Below, in pieces: positions 45,310-54,695 of a DNA stretch of 64,000 nt (position 1 is its first letter; every line of letters begins with the position of its first letter). Origin of the DNA: Candidatus Staskawiczbacteria bacterium (GTDB taxonomy: Bacteria > Patescibacteriota > Minisyncoccia > Minisyncoccales > Staskawiczbacteraceae); assembly GCA_026395215.1 (NCBI GenBank), contig JAPLZC010000009.1, positions 8,711 to 72,710 on the forward strand. The letters are read 5' to 3'. The translations under genes and the position numbers were made by a program. Under the pieces are notes generated by a model. That model made no database searches. It was not told where the DNA came from and saw nothing but the letters and a program-made list of their open reading frames with translations.

Positions 45310-46554
45310 ATGTTGCAATCACAATTATTTTGCAAAATAAATAAAAATAAATCTGCAGAGGTGGAGTCTGTTTCAGCTGATTTATTGGCAAGGGCGGGAT
45401 TTGTGGACCAGTTGATGGCCGGGGTTTTTACTTTTTTGCCGCTGGGATTTAGAGTTTTAAAAAATATTGAAAATATTATCAGGAAAAATATGGCGGAGGC
45501 CGGAGGACAGGAAATTTTAATGCCGGTTTTGCAACCCAAAGAAAATTGGTTAAAAACTGGGAGATGGAGCAATATGGATGTGCTTTTTAAAATTAGAGGT
45601 TCTGGAGATAAAGAATATGCAATGGGGCCAACGCATGAGGAAGTTGTGAGTCCACTGGCTAAGAAAAATATTTTTTCTTATAGAGATTTGCCATTTTCTG
45701 TTTTTCAAATACAAACAAAATTTAGAGATGAATTACGCGCAAAGTCAGGCATTTTGCGAACCCGTGAATTTTTAATGAAAGATTTGTATTCTTTTCACAC
45801 AACACAGGAAGACTTGGATAAATATTATGACAAAATGATTAAAGTGTATTTTAATGTTTTTAAGGAATTGGGAATTGGAAAAGAAACATATTTGACTTAT
45901 GCCTCAGGCGGAACATTTTCAAGATATTCGCACGAGTTTCAAATGGTTACAGATGCTGGAGAAGATTTAATTTATATCTGTAACAAATGCAAAACAGCAA
46001 TTAATAAAGAGATAAAAGCAGAAACACCTGCTTGTCCAAATTGTAGTTCGGATAGTTTTGAGGAGAAGAAAGCGGTAGAGGTTGGGAATATTTTTAAGCT
46101 TGCAACAAAATTTTCTTTACCATTTGATTTGAAATTTAAAGACAAAGATGGAGCAGAAAAGCCTGTTATTATGGGTTGTTATGGTATAGGGCTCTCCCGC
46201 GCAATGGGAGCGATTGTGGAGGCCAATTACGACGAAAGGGGTATAATATGGCCTAAGTCAGTTGCGCCCTTTGCAGTTCATTTAATTGCGATTAAGTCAG
46301 AAAATAAAAAAGTTATTGCCACAGCGCAAAAAATTTATCAAGACTTGAATAAAATTGGCATTAAAGTATTATATGATGATAGAGAAGAGAAGTTTGCCGG
46401 GGAAAAGTTTGCAGAAGCGGACATGATTGGAATTCCGTTTAGAATTGTGGTTTCAGAGAAAACAATAGCGAAGAATTCGGTTGAGGTAAAAGAGAGAAGC
46501 AAAAAAGAAGCAAAACTGGTTAAGATAAAAAAATTAATGCAGTCCCTCGCCTAA
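45310..46554 (+). CDS. proS: Prolyl-tRNA synthetase, short form without the INS editing domain, with a Cys4 insert
   Basis: Class II motifs (FRDELRAKSGILRTREFLMKD; GCYGIGLSR). CNKCK...CPNC. C-terminal anticodon-binding domain. Confidence 0.8.
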   Translation: MLQSQLFCKINKNKSAEVESVSADLLARAGFVDQLMAGVFTFLPLGFRVLKNIENIIRKNMAEAGGQEILMPVLQPKENWLKTGRWSNMDVLFKIRGSGDKEYAMGPTHEEVVSPLAKKNIFSYRDLPFSVFQIQTKFRDELRAKSGILRTREFLMKDLYSFHTTQEDLDKYYDKMIKVYFNVFKELGIGKETYLTYASGGTFSRYSHEFQMVTDAGEDLIYICNKCKTAINKEIKAETPACPNCSSDSFEEKKAVEVGNIFKLATKFSLPFDLKFKDKDGAEKPVIMGCYGIGLSRAMGAIVEANYDERGIIWPKSVAPFAVHLIAIKSENKKVIATAQKIYQDLNKIGIKVLYDDREEKFAGEKFAEADMIGIPFRIVVSEKTIAKNSVEVKERSKKEAKLVKIKKLMQSLA

Positions 46555-46587
46555 TGCTCGGGATGAATTTCTTACTTCGTAAAATTC

Positions 46588-47649
46588 ATGTTTAAAAAAT
46601 TATCTTCATTATTGTCTATAGACATGGCAATTGACCTTGGAACGGCCAATTCTTTGGTTTACGTAAAAGATAGGGGAATAATTATTAATGAACCGTCTGT
46701 TGTGGCTGTTAATAACAAAACCGGGCAAATTTTGGCTATTGGAGAAGAGGCCAAAAAAATGGTAGGTAGAACTCCTGCATACATTTCTGCAACAAGACCG
46801 CTAGTAAATGGAGTTATATCTGACTTTGAGGTGACAGAACAGATGTTAAAATACTTCATTGAGAAAGCGGCATCAGGAAGTAAGAAATTATTCGGTTTGG
46901 CAAATATGCCGAGGGTTATTATTGGAATTCCTTGTGGAGTTACAGAAGTTGAAAGAAAAGCAGTTAGAGACGCCGCAAAAAATGCCGGAGCAAGAACAGT
47001 GTTTTTAATTGAAGAACCTCTGGCCTCGGCTATTGGAGCTAAATTACCAGTTCAAGATGCCGGAGGAAACTTTATTGTTGATATTGGAGGTGGAACCACA
47101 GAAGTGGCGGTTATTTCTTTGGGAGGAATTGTGGCCTCAAGAAGTTTGAGAATTGCCGGAGATAAATTAAATAATGATATTGTAGAGTTTGCGCAAAAAG
47201 AATATAAACTTTTAATTGGAGAGCGAACAGCCGAGCTAATTAAGATAAATATTGGGTCTGCTATGCCAATGAAAGAAAAGAAGGAAATGGCAATGCGTGG
47301 CAGAAATTTGGTTACAGGATTGCCCGAAGAGGTTGTAATTTTTAATGATGATGTTCAGAGAGCCTTAGATAGATCTGTAAAGCAAATTATTGTAGCTATT
47401 AAAACAACAATTGAAGAAACTCCGCCAGAATTATTGGCCGATGTTATGACAAATGGAATTTATTTGGCTGGAGGAGGAAGCTTATTGCGCGGATTAGATG
47501 TTTTAATTTCTAAAGAAACAAAAATGCCGTGTCAAATAATTGATGACCCGCTTACAGCCGTTGTGCGCGGAGCTGGTATTGCATTAGAGAATCTTGATAC
47601 ATTATCTGAAGTAATGTCCAAAGACGAAGACGGCGACGTCCCGTACTAA
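46588..47649 (+). CDS. mreB: Actin-like MreB, paralog 2
   Basis: MAIDLGTANSLVYV, DIGGGTTEVAVISLGGIV, GIYLAGGGSLL. Confidence 0.9.
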   Translation: MFKKLSSLLSIDMAIDLGTANSLVYVKDRGIIINEPSVVAVNNKTGQILAIGEEAKKMVGRTPAYISATRPLVNGVISDFEVTEQMLKYFIEKAASGSKKLFGLANMPRVIIGIPCGVTEVERKAVRDAAKNAGARTVFLIEEPLASAIGAKLPVQDAGGNFIVDIGGGTTEVAVISLGGIVASRSLRIAGDKLNNDIVEFAQKEYKLLIGERTAELIKINIGSAMPMKEKKEMAMRGRNLVTGLPEEVVIFNDDVQRALDRSVKQIIVAIKTTIEETPPELLADVMTNGIYLAGGGSLLRGLDVLISKETKMPCQIIDDPLTAVVRGAGIALENLDTLSEVMSKDEDGDVPY

Positions 47650-47670
47650 ACTTAAAATAATATTTTAAGT

Positions 47671-47955
47671 ATGATTTCTAAGGAAGAGGTACAACATATT
47701 GCGAGTCTTGCTAGGTTGGAACTTTCCGAGCAGGAAATAGGAAAAATGCAGAAGGATCTGACGGAAATTTTGGATTATTTTAAGTTGTTAAATAAAGCCC
47801 CCACCAAAATTTCCCGAAGGGAAAATTTAGGCGGGCAGGCCCAAAATTTACGAAAAGATGAAGTTATTTCGCAAGATAGGGAAGTTGTAGAAAAGCTAGT
47901 TGCTGCTGCGCCGGATAAGAAAGATGGATATATTAAAGTAAAAACCATATTATAA
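47671..47955 (+). CDS. gatC: Asp/Glu-tRNA amidotransferase subunit C
   Basis: EEVQHIASLARLELSEQE; precedes gatA. Confidence 0.88.
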   Translation: MISKEEVQHIASLARLELSEQEIGKMQKDLTEILDYFKLLNKAPTKISRRENLGGQAQNLRKDEVISQDREVVEKLVAAAPDKKDGYIKVKTIL

Positions 47956-48048
47956 TACTAATCTGCAAATCTTATCCTAATCTGCGAAAATGCGAATCCG
48001 TAGATTAGGGCTTTTGTAGATTAGAATGAAAATCCGTAAATTAGTATT

Positions 48049-49485
48049 ATGAATCTCACAGAACTTACAATTAAACAAGCCCACGAAGGATTAAAAAACA
48101 AGGAATTTACTTCTGTTGATTTAACAAAGGCTTATTTGGATAAGATAAAAAAAGTTGATGGGGAATTGAATGCTTATTTAACCGTGACTGAAAAGTTGGC
48201 GTTAGAACAAGCGATTCGAGCCGATGAGAGAATCGCCCTGAGCAAAGCCGAAGGGCAGGATTTTCCGATGCTTTGTGGAATTCCTTGCGCTATAAAAGAC
48301 GCAATAATGGTTGATGGAGAAAAATGTACAGCTGCTTCAAAAATTTTGGAAAATTATGTAGCCCCTTACGACGCAACTGTGATAAAAAAACTTAAAGAAC
48401 AAGGAGTTGTAATTTTAGGCAAAACAAATTTGGACGAATTTGCCATGGGAGGTTCGGGAGAAAACTCTGCTTATGGTCCTACAAAAAATCCACACGACAA
48501 GACTCGCGTTGCCGGAGGGAGTTCTTCGGGTTCAGCGGCTTGTGTGGCTGCAAATGAGGCTTGTTTTTCGCTTGGTTCTGATACAGGTGGGTCCATAAGG
48601 CTTCCATCATCATTTTGTGGCACAGTGGGGCTAAAACCAACCTATGGAGCTGTTTCTAGATATGGATTAATTCCTTTTGGATCATCTTTAGATCAAATTG
48701 GACCAATCACAAAAAATGTTGATGATGCAGAGACTGTTTTTAATGCGATTTGTGGAAAAGATAAAATGGACGCCACCAGCACGGATTACAAGTTTCAAGT
48801 TTCCCTGGCCGGGCAGGCAAGTTCCAAGTTACAAGGTTTGCGCATTGGAGTTCCTAAAGAATATTTTGTTAAGGGCATAGACCCTGAAGTTGAAAAAATA
48901 GTTAGGAGCACAATTAAAAAGGCCGAGGAAGCCGGCGCTAAAATTGTTGAAATAAGTTTACCAAATACAGAATTTGCTTTAGCTTGTTATTATATTATTG
49001 CTCCGTGTGAAGCTTCTGCTAACTTGGCCAGGCTTGATGGCGTAAGATACGGCTTATCAGTAGATGGTAAAGATTTATTAGATGTTTATCTAAAGAGCAA
49101 AGGGCATGGTTTTGGAGCCGAGGTTAAACGCAGAATAATGATTGGAACTTATGCTTTGTCATCTGGATATTACGACGCATATTACAAAAAAGCCCAGGAA
49201 ATTAGACAACTAGTAAAACAGGATTTTGCTAAAGCTTTTGAGAAGGTTGATTTAATATTTTGCCCAGTTTCTCCGGTTCCTGCAATTAAAATAGGTGAGA
49301 GGACAGACGATCCACTCTCAATGTATTTAATGGACATTTACACAGTTTCCGTTAACCTGGCCGGTTTGCCTGGGCTTTCTTTACCGGTTGGCAAAACAAA
49401 AGAGGGTTTGCCGGTTGGTTTGCAAATTATTGGGAATCATTTTCAGGAGAATAAGATATTGGCAGTGGCGTCGCAATTGGAATAA
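48049..49485 (+). CDS. gatA: Asp/Glu-tRNA amidotransferase subunit A
   Basis: Amidase signature GGSSSGSAACVAA, DTGGSIRLPSSFCG. Confidence 0.93.
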   Translation: MNLTELTIKQAHEGLKNKEFTSVDLTKAYLDKIKKVDGELNAYLTVTEKLALEQAIRADERIALSKAEGQDFPMLCGIPCAIKDAIMVDGEKCTAASKILENYVAPYDATVIKKLKEQGVVILGKTNLDEFAMGGSGENSAYGPTKNPHDKTRVAGGSSSGSAACVAANEACFSLGSDTGGSIRLPSSFCGTVGLKPTYGAVSRYGLIPFGSSLDQIGPITKNVDDAETVFNAICGKDKMDATSTDYKFQVSLAGQASSKLQGLRIGVPKEYFVKGIDPEVEKIVRSTIKKAEEAGAKIVEISLPNTEFALACYYIIAPCEASANLARLDGVRYGLSVDGKDLLDVYLKSKGHGFGAEVKRRIMIGTYALSSGYYDAYYKKAQEIRQLVKQDFAKAFEKVDLIFCPVSPVPAIKIGERTDDPLSMYLMDIYTVSVNLAGLPGLSLPVGKTKEGLPVGLQIIGNHFQENKILAVASQLE

Positions 49486-49501
49486 TAGTATTTTACAAAA
49501 T

Positions 49502-49527
49502 AAAAATCCCTTAAACGGGATTTTTTT
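49502..49527. terminator. Bidirectional terminator between gatA and tRNA-Ile
   Basis: AAAAATCCC-ttaaac-GGGATTTTT. Confidence 0.55.
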
Positions 49528-49528
49528 G

Positions 49529-49600
49529 TGGGCGCGGAAGGAATCGGACCTTCGACCTCTATCTTATCAGGATAGCGTTCTACCACTGAACTACGCGCCC
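49529..49600 (-). tRNA. tRNA-Ile (anticodon GAU)
   Basis: The reverse complement GGGCGCGTAGTTCAGTGGTAGAACGCTATCCTGATAAGATAGAGGTCGAAGGTCCGATTCCTTCCGCGCCCA folds as a cloverleaf. Anticodon loop CTGATAA. No encoded CCA. Confidence 0.92.
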
Positions 49601-49680
49601 AATTAATTAGAATTTTATCAAATATTTCGGAAAATAGCAATGGGGTTGATTTCAGATTGTATTAGGGCTAAAATATAAAT

Positions 49681-50223
49681 ATGAAATACAATATAGTGAA
49701 ATTATTAGTAAGTATAATAATTTGTGAGTTGGCCGGAGTTGCCGGGGCTGTTTTTACTACGCCGGAAATTGCAAACTGGTATACAGCATTAAATAAACCA
49801 AGTTTTAATCCGCCAAGTTGGATTTTTGGGCCAGTATGGACAACATTGTTTGTTTTGATGGGTATTTCTTTATATATAGTTTGGAATAAAAAATTTGAGG
49901 TGTCTGAAAAAGTAAAATTTAAAAATGTGAGAGCTTGGAATAAACTGTCACAAAAATTATTTGACGGACAATGGCAAAAAGCAAATATAATTATAATATT
50001 TATAATACAGCTTGTTTTAAATGTTTTGTGGTCATATATATTTTTTGGAGCGCACTCTCCTGCTTGGGCATTTTTTGAATTGCTAATGCTTTGGGTGGCC
50101 ATAGTTTATACAATAGTAAATTTTTACCGAGTTTCAAAAATAGCCGCATGGCTTTTGCTTCCATACATTTTATGGGTTTCTTTAGCGGGAGTTTTAAATT
50201 TATCTATTTGGTTAATTAATTAG
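49681..50223 (+). CDS. tspO: TspO/MBR family tryptophan-rich membrane protein
   Basis: WYTALNKPSFNPPSWIFGPVWTTLFVLMG; five hydrophobic helices. Confidence 0.8.
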   Translation: MKYNIVKLLVSIIICELAGVAGAVFTTPEIANWYTALNKPSFNPPSWIFGPVWTTLFVLMGISLYIVWNKKFEVSEKVKFKNVRAWNKLSQKLFDGQWQKANIIIIFIIQLVLNVLWSYIFFGAHSPAWAFFELLMLWVAIVYTIVNFYRVSKIAAWLLLPYILWVSLAGVLNLSIWLIN

Positions 50224-50240
50224 CCGAAAGGCGAAAAAAT

Positions 50241-51026
50241 ATGTTAGCTGAAGTTAAAGTTTTAGTTTTAGGCGTTTCAAATGCCGAATCTGTAATAGAA
50301 AATGGCGAGGAGCATACTCAGCCAACAATTACTCTTGTCCGCGACAAGGATTTTGTGATGGTAGTTGACCCGGGCGTTTTGGAAAACCAGCAGGTATTAG
50401 TTGAAGCATTAAAAAAAGAGAACTTAACAGTCCAAGACGTTAATGTTGTTTGTATCACACACTCGCACCTTGACCATTACAGAAACATTGGGATGTTTCC
50501 AAACGCAAAAGCTATAGACTATTATGGGGTATGGGACAAGACAACTATTGTGACTTGGTCTGAAGATCTCACAGATAATATTAAGGTTCTGCACACCCCC
50601 GGCCACGATTATACCAGTATAACTCTTTTTGTAACTACTAAGGACGGTGTTGTTGCAATATGCGGAGATGTTTTTTGGAGAGAAAATTATCCACGTGATC
50701 CACATGATGATGTTTTTGCTTCTAACCCGGAAAGATTAAAAGAAAGTAGGGAAATGATATTGAGGGATGCTGATTGGATTGTTCCCGGCCATGGCCCGAT
50801 GTATAAAAATGACCGAGCTGCGGAGGAAGAAAAGGAGAGAGAACAAATGGCAGAAAAAAGAAATGAAGAAGGAATAAGAAATCAAAAGGTCACCATAGCC
50901 TGTAAAAGATGCGGAATGCAGATGAGTCAAAAGGACAAATGTAGATGCAGGCCATATTTATGTTTTAGGTGTTGTGAGTGTGGTTTAGATTGTAATAATT
51001 GTAGTTGTAGCCATCGGAAATCCTGA
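50241..51026 (+). CDS. MBL-fold metallohydrolase with a Cys-rich C-terminal tail
   Basis: ITHSHLDHYRN, HTPGHD, PGHGP. The tail is CKRCGMQMSQKDKCRCRPYLCFRCCECGLDCNNCSCSH. Confidence 0.7.
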   Translation: MLAEVKVLVLGVSNAESVIENGEEHTQPTITLVRDKDFVMVVDPGVLENQQVLVEALKKENLTVQDVNVVCITHSHLDHYRNIGMFPNAKAIDYYGVWDKTTIVTWSEDLTDNIKVLHTPGHDYTSITLFVTTKDGVVAICGDVFWRENYPRDPHDDVFASNPERLKESREMILRDADWIVPGHGPMYKNDRAAEEEKEREQMAEKRNEEGIRNQKVTIACKRCGMQMSQKDKCRCRPYLCFRCCECGLDCNNCSCSHRKS

Positions 51027-52318
51027 TGAAAAAGATATTTTTAATTTTAATAATTTTGGTAGCACTAGGTTTTGCAGGTAATGCTTTTGCGCATCAACCG
51101 GTAATTGTTTTTGGCCAGACTGGTGAAATACAAGTAAAAAATCCGGATATTTCTAGGGCTTTTTACGACGAGCTAAAAGGTAGCCCGCGGGATTATTTTA
51201 TTGATTCGGATAAGGATTTTATTTTGTATATAAATCTCTTAGTGCCAGGACACGCAAATGAGATTGGGAAGTATTCGGCTGTTATTTTTAGAGGAGAGGA
51301 AAAAATTGCTTTAGTTGACGGGGATTCTTTTGAGTGGAAATCATGGTGGGAGCCTTTTGGGCGCGACTGGTATATGCAAGGTCCTGAATTGACACAACAG
51401 GTTCCTGCGGGAAAATATAAAATTGAGGTCTATTCTAAAGACAATCTTGGCAAGTATGTTTTGGCTGTTGGTCAAACAGAGTCTTTTGATATTAAGTCAC
51501 TGCTGAATGTTTATTGGCAATTGCCTTTGCTTAAATTAACATTTTTTAAAACATCTATTTTGCAATTCTTTCTTACGCCTTTTGGGATAGGTCTAATTGC
51601 AGTTGTTGGAGGGTTGTTAATACTTCTAGCCCTTATTTATTTTGTTATTGGATTTGTTAAAGAAACCATAAAACATAATCAAGCAAAAACTTTGCTTTTA
51701 ACCTCTGGTGGTATGCTACAAATGCAAGACGAAATAATAAAATTACTTCAGAAACCAGCCTATGACGTAACGGTTGGGTTTATTAATACTGCTGCTAAAC
51801 CCGAGGAAGATAAAAGTTATTTGCAGAGGGATTTAGATATCATGAAAGAGCTTGGTTTTAATGTAGAACAGTTTGATATTGAGGGTAAAAAAGAACATGA
51901 GGTGATGGATTTTTTACGGCTAAAGGACATAGTTTATGTGGAAGGCGGGAGCACTTTTTATTTATTAAAAGCAATGCGAGCTTGTAACTTTGAGAAAGTG
52001 ATTAGAAAATTATTAAAGCAGGGCAAGGTTTATATTGGAGTATCGGCTGGGACTTTGGTTGCTGGAAGAACAATAAAAACATCTAGTTGGAAACATCCAG
52101 AACAAGATTTTAGAGTCAAGAATTTGAGAGGTTTAAATCTTGTGCCGTTTGATATTTTTGTGCATTATTTACCTGAGCATGCGGAACTTATAAAACAAAA
52201 AATTAAGAATCCTAAAAAGAGGGCTAAGAATTTGAGGATTTTGACGGACGACCAGGCAATTTTGGTTCAGGGAAAAGAAGTAGATTTAATTGGCGACGGC
52301 GAAGCCGTTATAATATAA
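51026..52318 (+). CDS. Membrane protein with a C-terminal peptidase S51 (dipeptidase E-like) domain
   Basis: Signal/TM segments. S51-like VYVEGGSTFYLLKAMR and GVSAGTLVAG. Confidence 0.6.
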   Translation: MKKIFLILIILVALGFAGNAFAHQPVIVFGQTGEIQVKNPDISRAFYDELKGSPRDYFIDSDKDFILYINLLVPGHANEIGKYSAVIFRGEEKIALVDGDSFEWKSWWEPFGRDWYMQGPELTQQVPAGKYKIEVYSKDNLGKYVLAVGQTESFDIKSLLNVYWQLPLLKLTFFKTSILQFFLTPFGIGLIAVVGGLLILLALIYFVIGFVKETIKHNQAKTLLLTSGGMLQMQDEIIKLLQKPAYDVTVGFINTAAKPEEDKSYLQRDLDIMKELGFNVEQFDIEGKKEHEVMDFLRLKDIVYVEGGSTFYLLKAMRACNFEKVIRKLLKQGKVYIGVSAGTLVAGRTIKTSSWKHPEQDFRVKNLRGLNLVPFDIFVHYLPEHAELIKQKIKNPKKRAKNLRILTDDQAILVQGKEVDLIGDGEAVII

Positions 52319-52450
52319 AATTATTCTAATTATTCTAATTGCTCTAATCATTCTAAATAATTTCTAATATCTAACTTTTAAAAATTTTGAGTTTAGGTAT
52401 TATGTTTTATTTAGGTTAATTAGTATAATTAGGTTAATTAGAAATTCATC

Positions 52451-52669
52451 GTGAAAATATTTATCACGGCTAAGCCTAACTCTAGAGAAGAATATGTGGA
52501 ACGGGTAGATGAGAGCCACTATGTTGTTTCGGTTAAGGAACCGCCGGTAAAGGGGAAGGCAAATGAGGCAATAAGAAATGCTTTGGCAGTGTATTTTAAA
52601 ACCGGTTCATCGTGCGTTAAAATTGTTTCAGGGTATTCGTCACGTAATAAAATAATAGAAATATTATAA
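52451..52669 (+). CDS. DUF167/YggU-like small protein
   Basis: GTG start; VKEPPVKGKANEAIRNALAVYF. Confidence 0.55.
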   Translation: MKIFITAKPNSREEYVERVDESHYVVSVKEPPVKGKANEAIRNALAVYFKTGSSCVKIVSGYSSRNKIIEIL

Positions 52670-52687
52670 TTAAAATAGTCTATTAAA

Positions 52688-52903
52688 ATGGAAACAAAAA
52701 CAACAATTAAAGGCCATACCGTTTCTCATGGATTGGACGTAAGTGGTGGTTTGAAATATTTAATGTATGAATTAGATTTTCAGGAAGCAAAAGTTTTTTT
52801 TAATGAGGCACATGATCATGGGTCAGTAATTTTTGAAGATCATTTAGATAGGAAATATAAACTTATCTACCACGGAGGAGAATATCAGCTAATTAGAGCA
52901 TAA
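52688..52903 (+). CDS. Hypothetical protein (71 aa)
   Basis: ORF followed by hairpin CAGTCA...TGACTG and a T-run. Confidence 0.45.
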   Translation: METKTTIKGHTVSHGLDVSGGLKYLMYELDFQEAKVFFNEAHDHGSVIFEDHLDRKYKLIYHGGEYQLIRA

Positions 52904-52933
52904 ATATAATTGATTCTATATTTTTCAGTCATC

Positions 52934-52962
52934 TTGAAAGGGTGACTGATTTTTGTTATAGT
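52934..52962 (+). promoter_or_regulatory. pyrD cassette promoter TTGAAA-N17-TATAGT
   Basis: TTGAAA at 52934-52939 and TATAGT at 52957-52962. Overlaps the upstream terminator hairpin. Confidence 0.45.
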
Positions 52963-53013
52963 TTTACCAGACAGCACTAACGTTGTCGCGGTTCATTGAA
53001 AAGGAGAAAAGCA

Positions 53014-53940
53014 ATGATAGATCTTTCGGTAGAAGTAGCAGGAATCAGAATGCAGAATCCGATTATGCCGGCTTCCGGCACCTTCGGCTATGGCGAAGAT
53101 TACATCGACCTAGTTGATAATTCAAAACTGGGTGCGCTGGTTGGTAAAGGCACAACCGCCCTGAATCGCGAAGGAAATGAGCAACCGCGAACATGGCCGG
53201 TTCCTGGCGGGATGATAAATTTTATCGGTTTACAAAACCCCGGCGTTCATACAGTCGTAAACGACAAAGTTCCATACATGTATAAGTTCGGCGTTCCGAT
53301 TATTATTAACGCTTCTGGTAGTACGGTTGAGGAATATGCTACGGTTGTGGCAGTTTTGAATACTTCTTCGTTGATTGACGGCATTGAGGTAAATATTTCG
53401 TGTCCAAATGTAAAAGAGGGCGGAGTTGCTTTTGGTCAAGATCCTGTGTTGGCAGGGGAAGTTGCTCGCGCTGTCCGCAAAGAAACAAAACTTCCATTGA
53501 TATTTAAACTGACTCCAAACGTGGCGAGCGTTATCCCTGTTGCCAGAGCAGTTATTGAAGCTGGAGCCGACGCCATTTCTTTGGTCAACACATTCAAGGC
53601 AAGGGCCAGAATTAGGAGTGGTTTGTACAAAGGCCAATGGATTGAAGGCGGTTATTCTGGACAGGGGATTATGCCAATCGCGTTGAAAATGGTTTCCGAT
53701 CTATACAAAGCTAAAATCGGAGTTCCTATAATTGGCATGGGTGGAATTTCCTCGCTAGAGGACGTCCTAGATTTTTTGGAAAGTGGAGCTGATGCTGTCC
53801 AAATTGGCACGGCAACTTTCATTGTTCCATCCACAATGACCGACATTATCCGTGACCTCGGATTATATATTGAACAAACGGGATGTCAAAGTCTCAAAGA
53901 ATGGCGGGAAAAAGGTTTCCCAATGCCCAAAGAAAAATGA
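53014..53940 (+). CDS. pyrD: Dihydroorotate dehydrogenase, class 1 (catalytic Cys)
   Basis: NPIMPASGTFGYG, GIEVNISCPNVKEGG, KLTPNV, SLVNT, GGI...D. Start moved to ATG 53014 behind an AAGGAG SD. Confidence 0.85.
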   Translation: MIDLSVEVAGIRMQNPIMPASGTFGYGEDYIDLVDNSKLGALVGKGTTALNREGNEQPRTWPVPGGMINFIGLQNPGVHTVVNDKVPYMYKFGVPIIINASGSTVEEYATVVAVLNTSSLIDGIEVNISCPNVKEGGVAFGQDPVLAGEVARAVRKETKLPLIFKLTPNVASVIPVARAVIEAGADAISLVNTFKARARIRSGLYKGQWIEGGYSGQGIMPIALKMVSDLYKAKIGVPIIGMGGISSLEDVLDFLESGADAVQIGTATFIVPSTMTDIIRDLGLYIEQTGCQSLKEWREKGFPMPKEK

Positions 53941-53953
53941 GATTCATAGGTTG

Positions 53954-53981
53954 GTTCTTGCTATTGCAAGAACTTTTTTTT
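53954..53981 (+). terminator. Intrinsic terminator after pyrD
   Basis: GTTCTTGC-tatt-GCAAGAAC followed by T8. Confidence 0.75.
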
Positions 53982-54086
53982 GTGGTAATCTGAATACGAG
54001 TTAGTTACAGTCGCGACGTGTTGTCGGGGCGCTAACGGGTTCGTTGAAATCATTATTGGTGGAAAGTTAAGAGAGGAAAACAGCAA

Positions 54087-54548
54087 ATGTCAACAACAGC
54101 AAAAGTCCCACAGATTGATAATAGTGGCGCACCTATTTGGTGGCATAAACACGGATCAAAAATGCGACTGAAGGTTTTTAGTCATTCGGCAAATATTTTT
54201 TTGGTAATCCAGGGGAGTGCCGCCGAGCTGAAGGTAGGTAAGCTCGACAACCGCTGGATTGTTGCCTGGAAAATAACCCAAAGCCCGACAGAAAATTCTT
54301 CCGGAAGGATTATCATGAACGACCATAGCCTTGCTCAGGCGTTCGGCTTGGATGACGATGGATTGTTTAGCAGTTGTTGGTTGATCGAACGATACGGCGG
54401 AACAGTTGCTCATCAAGGGCAGTTTATCCGTTGGGATAAATTTTTGAACATTCCTTGTCCGGGAACCGGCCACGACGGCGACCTCAATGTGTCCATTTAT
54501 TTGGACGAGAAGATAAAGGAAGCAGTCGGCAAACTTCTCGGCCGATAA
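54087..54548 (+). CDS. Hypothetical protein (153 aa), G+C-rich
   Basis: AGAGAGGAAAA SD-like region. Own terminator. No motif recognised. Confidence 0.5.
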   Translation: MSTTAKVPQIDNSGAPIWWHKHGSKMRLKVFSHSANIFLVIQGSAAELKVGKLDNRWIVAWKITQSPTENSSGRIIMNDHSLAQAFGLDDDGLFSSCWLIERYGGTVAHQGQFIRWDKFLNIPCPGTGHDGDLNVSIYLDEKIKEAVGKLLGR

Positions 54549-54565
54549 CAACACCAGTGATTCAT

Positions 54566-54598
54566 GTCCGGCGACCCTCGCGTCCCGGATTTTTTTTG
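54566..54598 (+). terminator. Intrinsic terminator
   Basis: CCGGCGAC...GTCCCGG imperfect stem followed by T8. Confidence 0.55.
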
Positions 54599-54600
54599 CG

Positions 54601-54629
54601 TTGACACAAAATTATTTTATTGGTAAGGT
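54601..54629 (+). promoter_or_regulatory. pyrF cassette promoter TTGACA-N17-TAAGGT
   Basis: TTGACA at 54601-54606. -10 candidate at 54624-54629. Confidence 0.4.
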
Positions 54630-54695
54630 AATTTAAGTCAGTTGTAGCGTCGGCATTTTGTCTGCGCGCTGATGTGGGTAGTTCATTGAGAAAGG

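Noticed and set aside
54087-54548. The 153-aa ORF between pyrD and pyrF as PyrK (the electron-transfer subunit of class 1B DHODH)
   Set aside because: It is too short. It lacks the C-terminal 2Fe-2S Cys cluster and FAD/NAD-binding motifs expected of PyrK.
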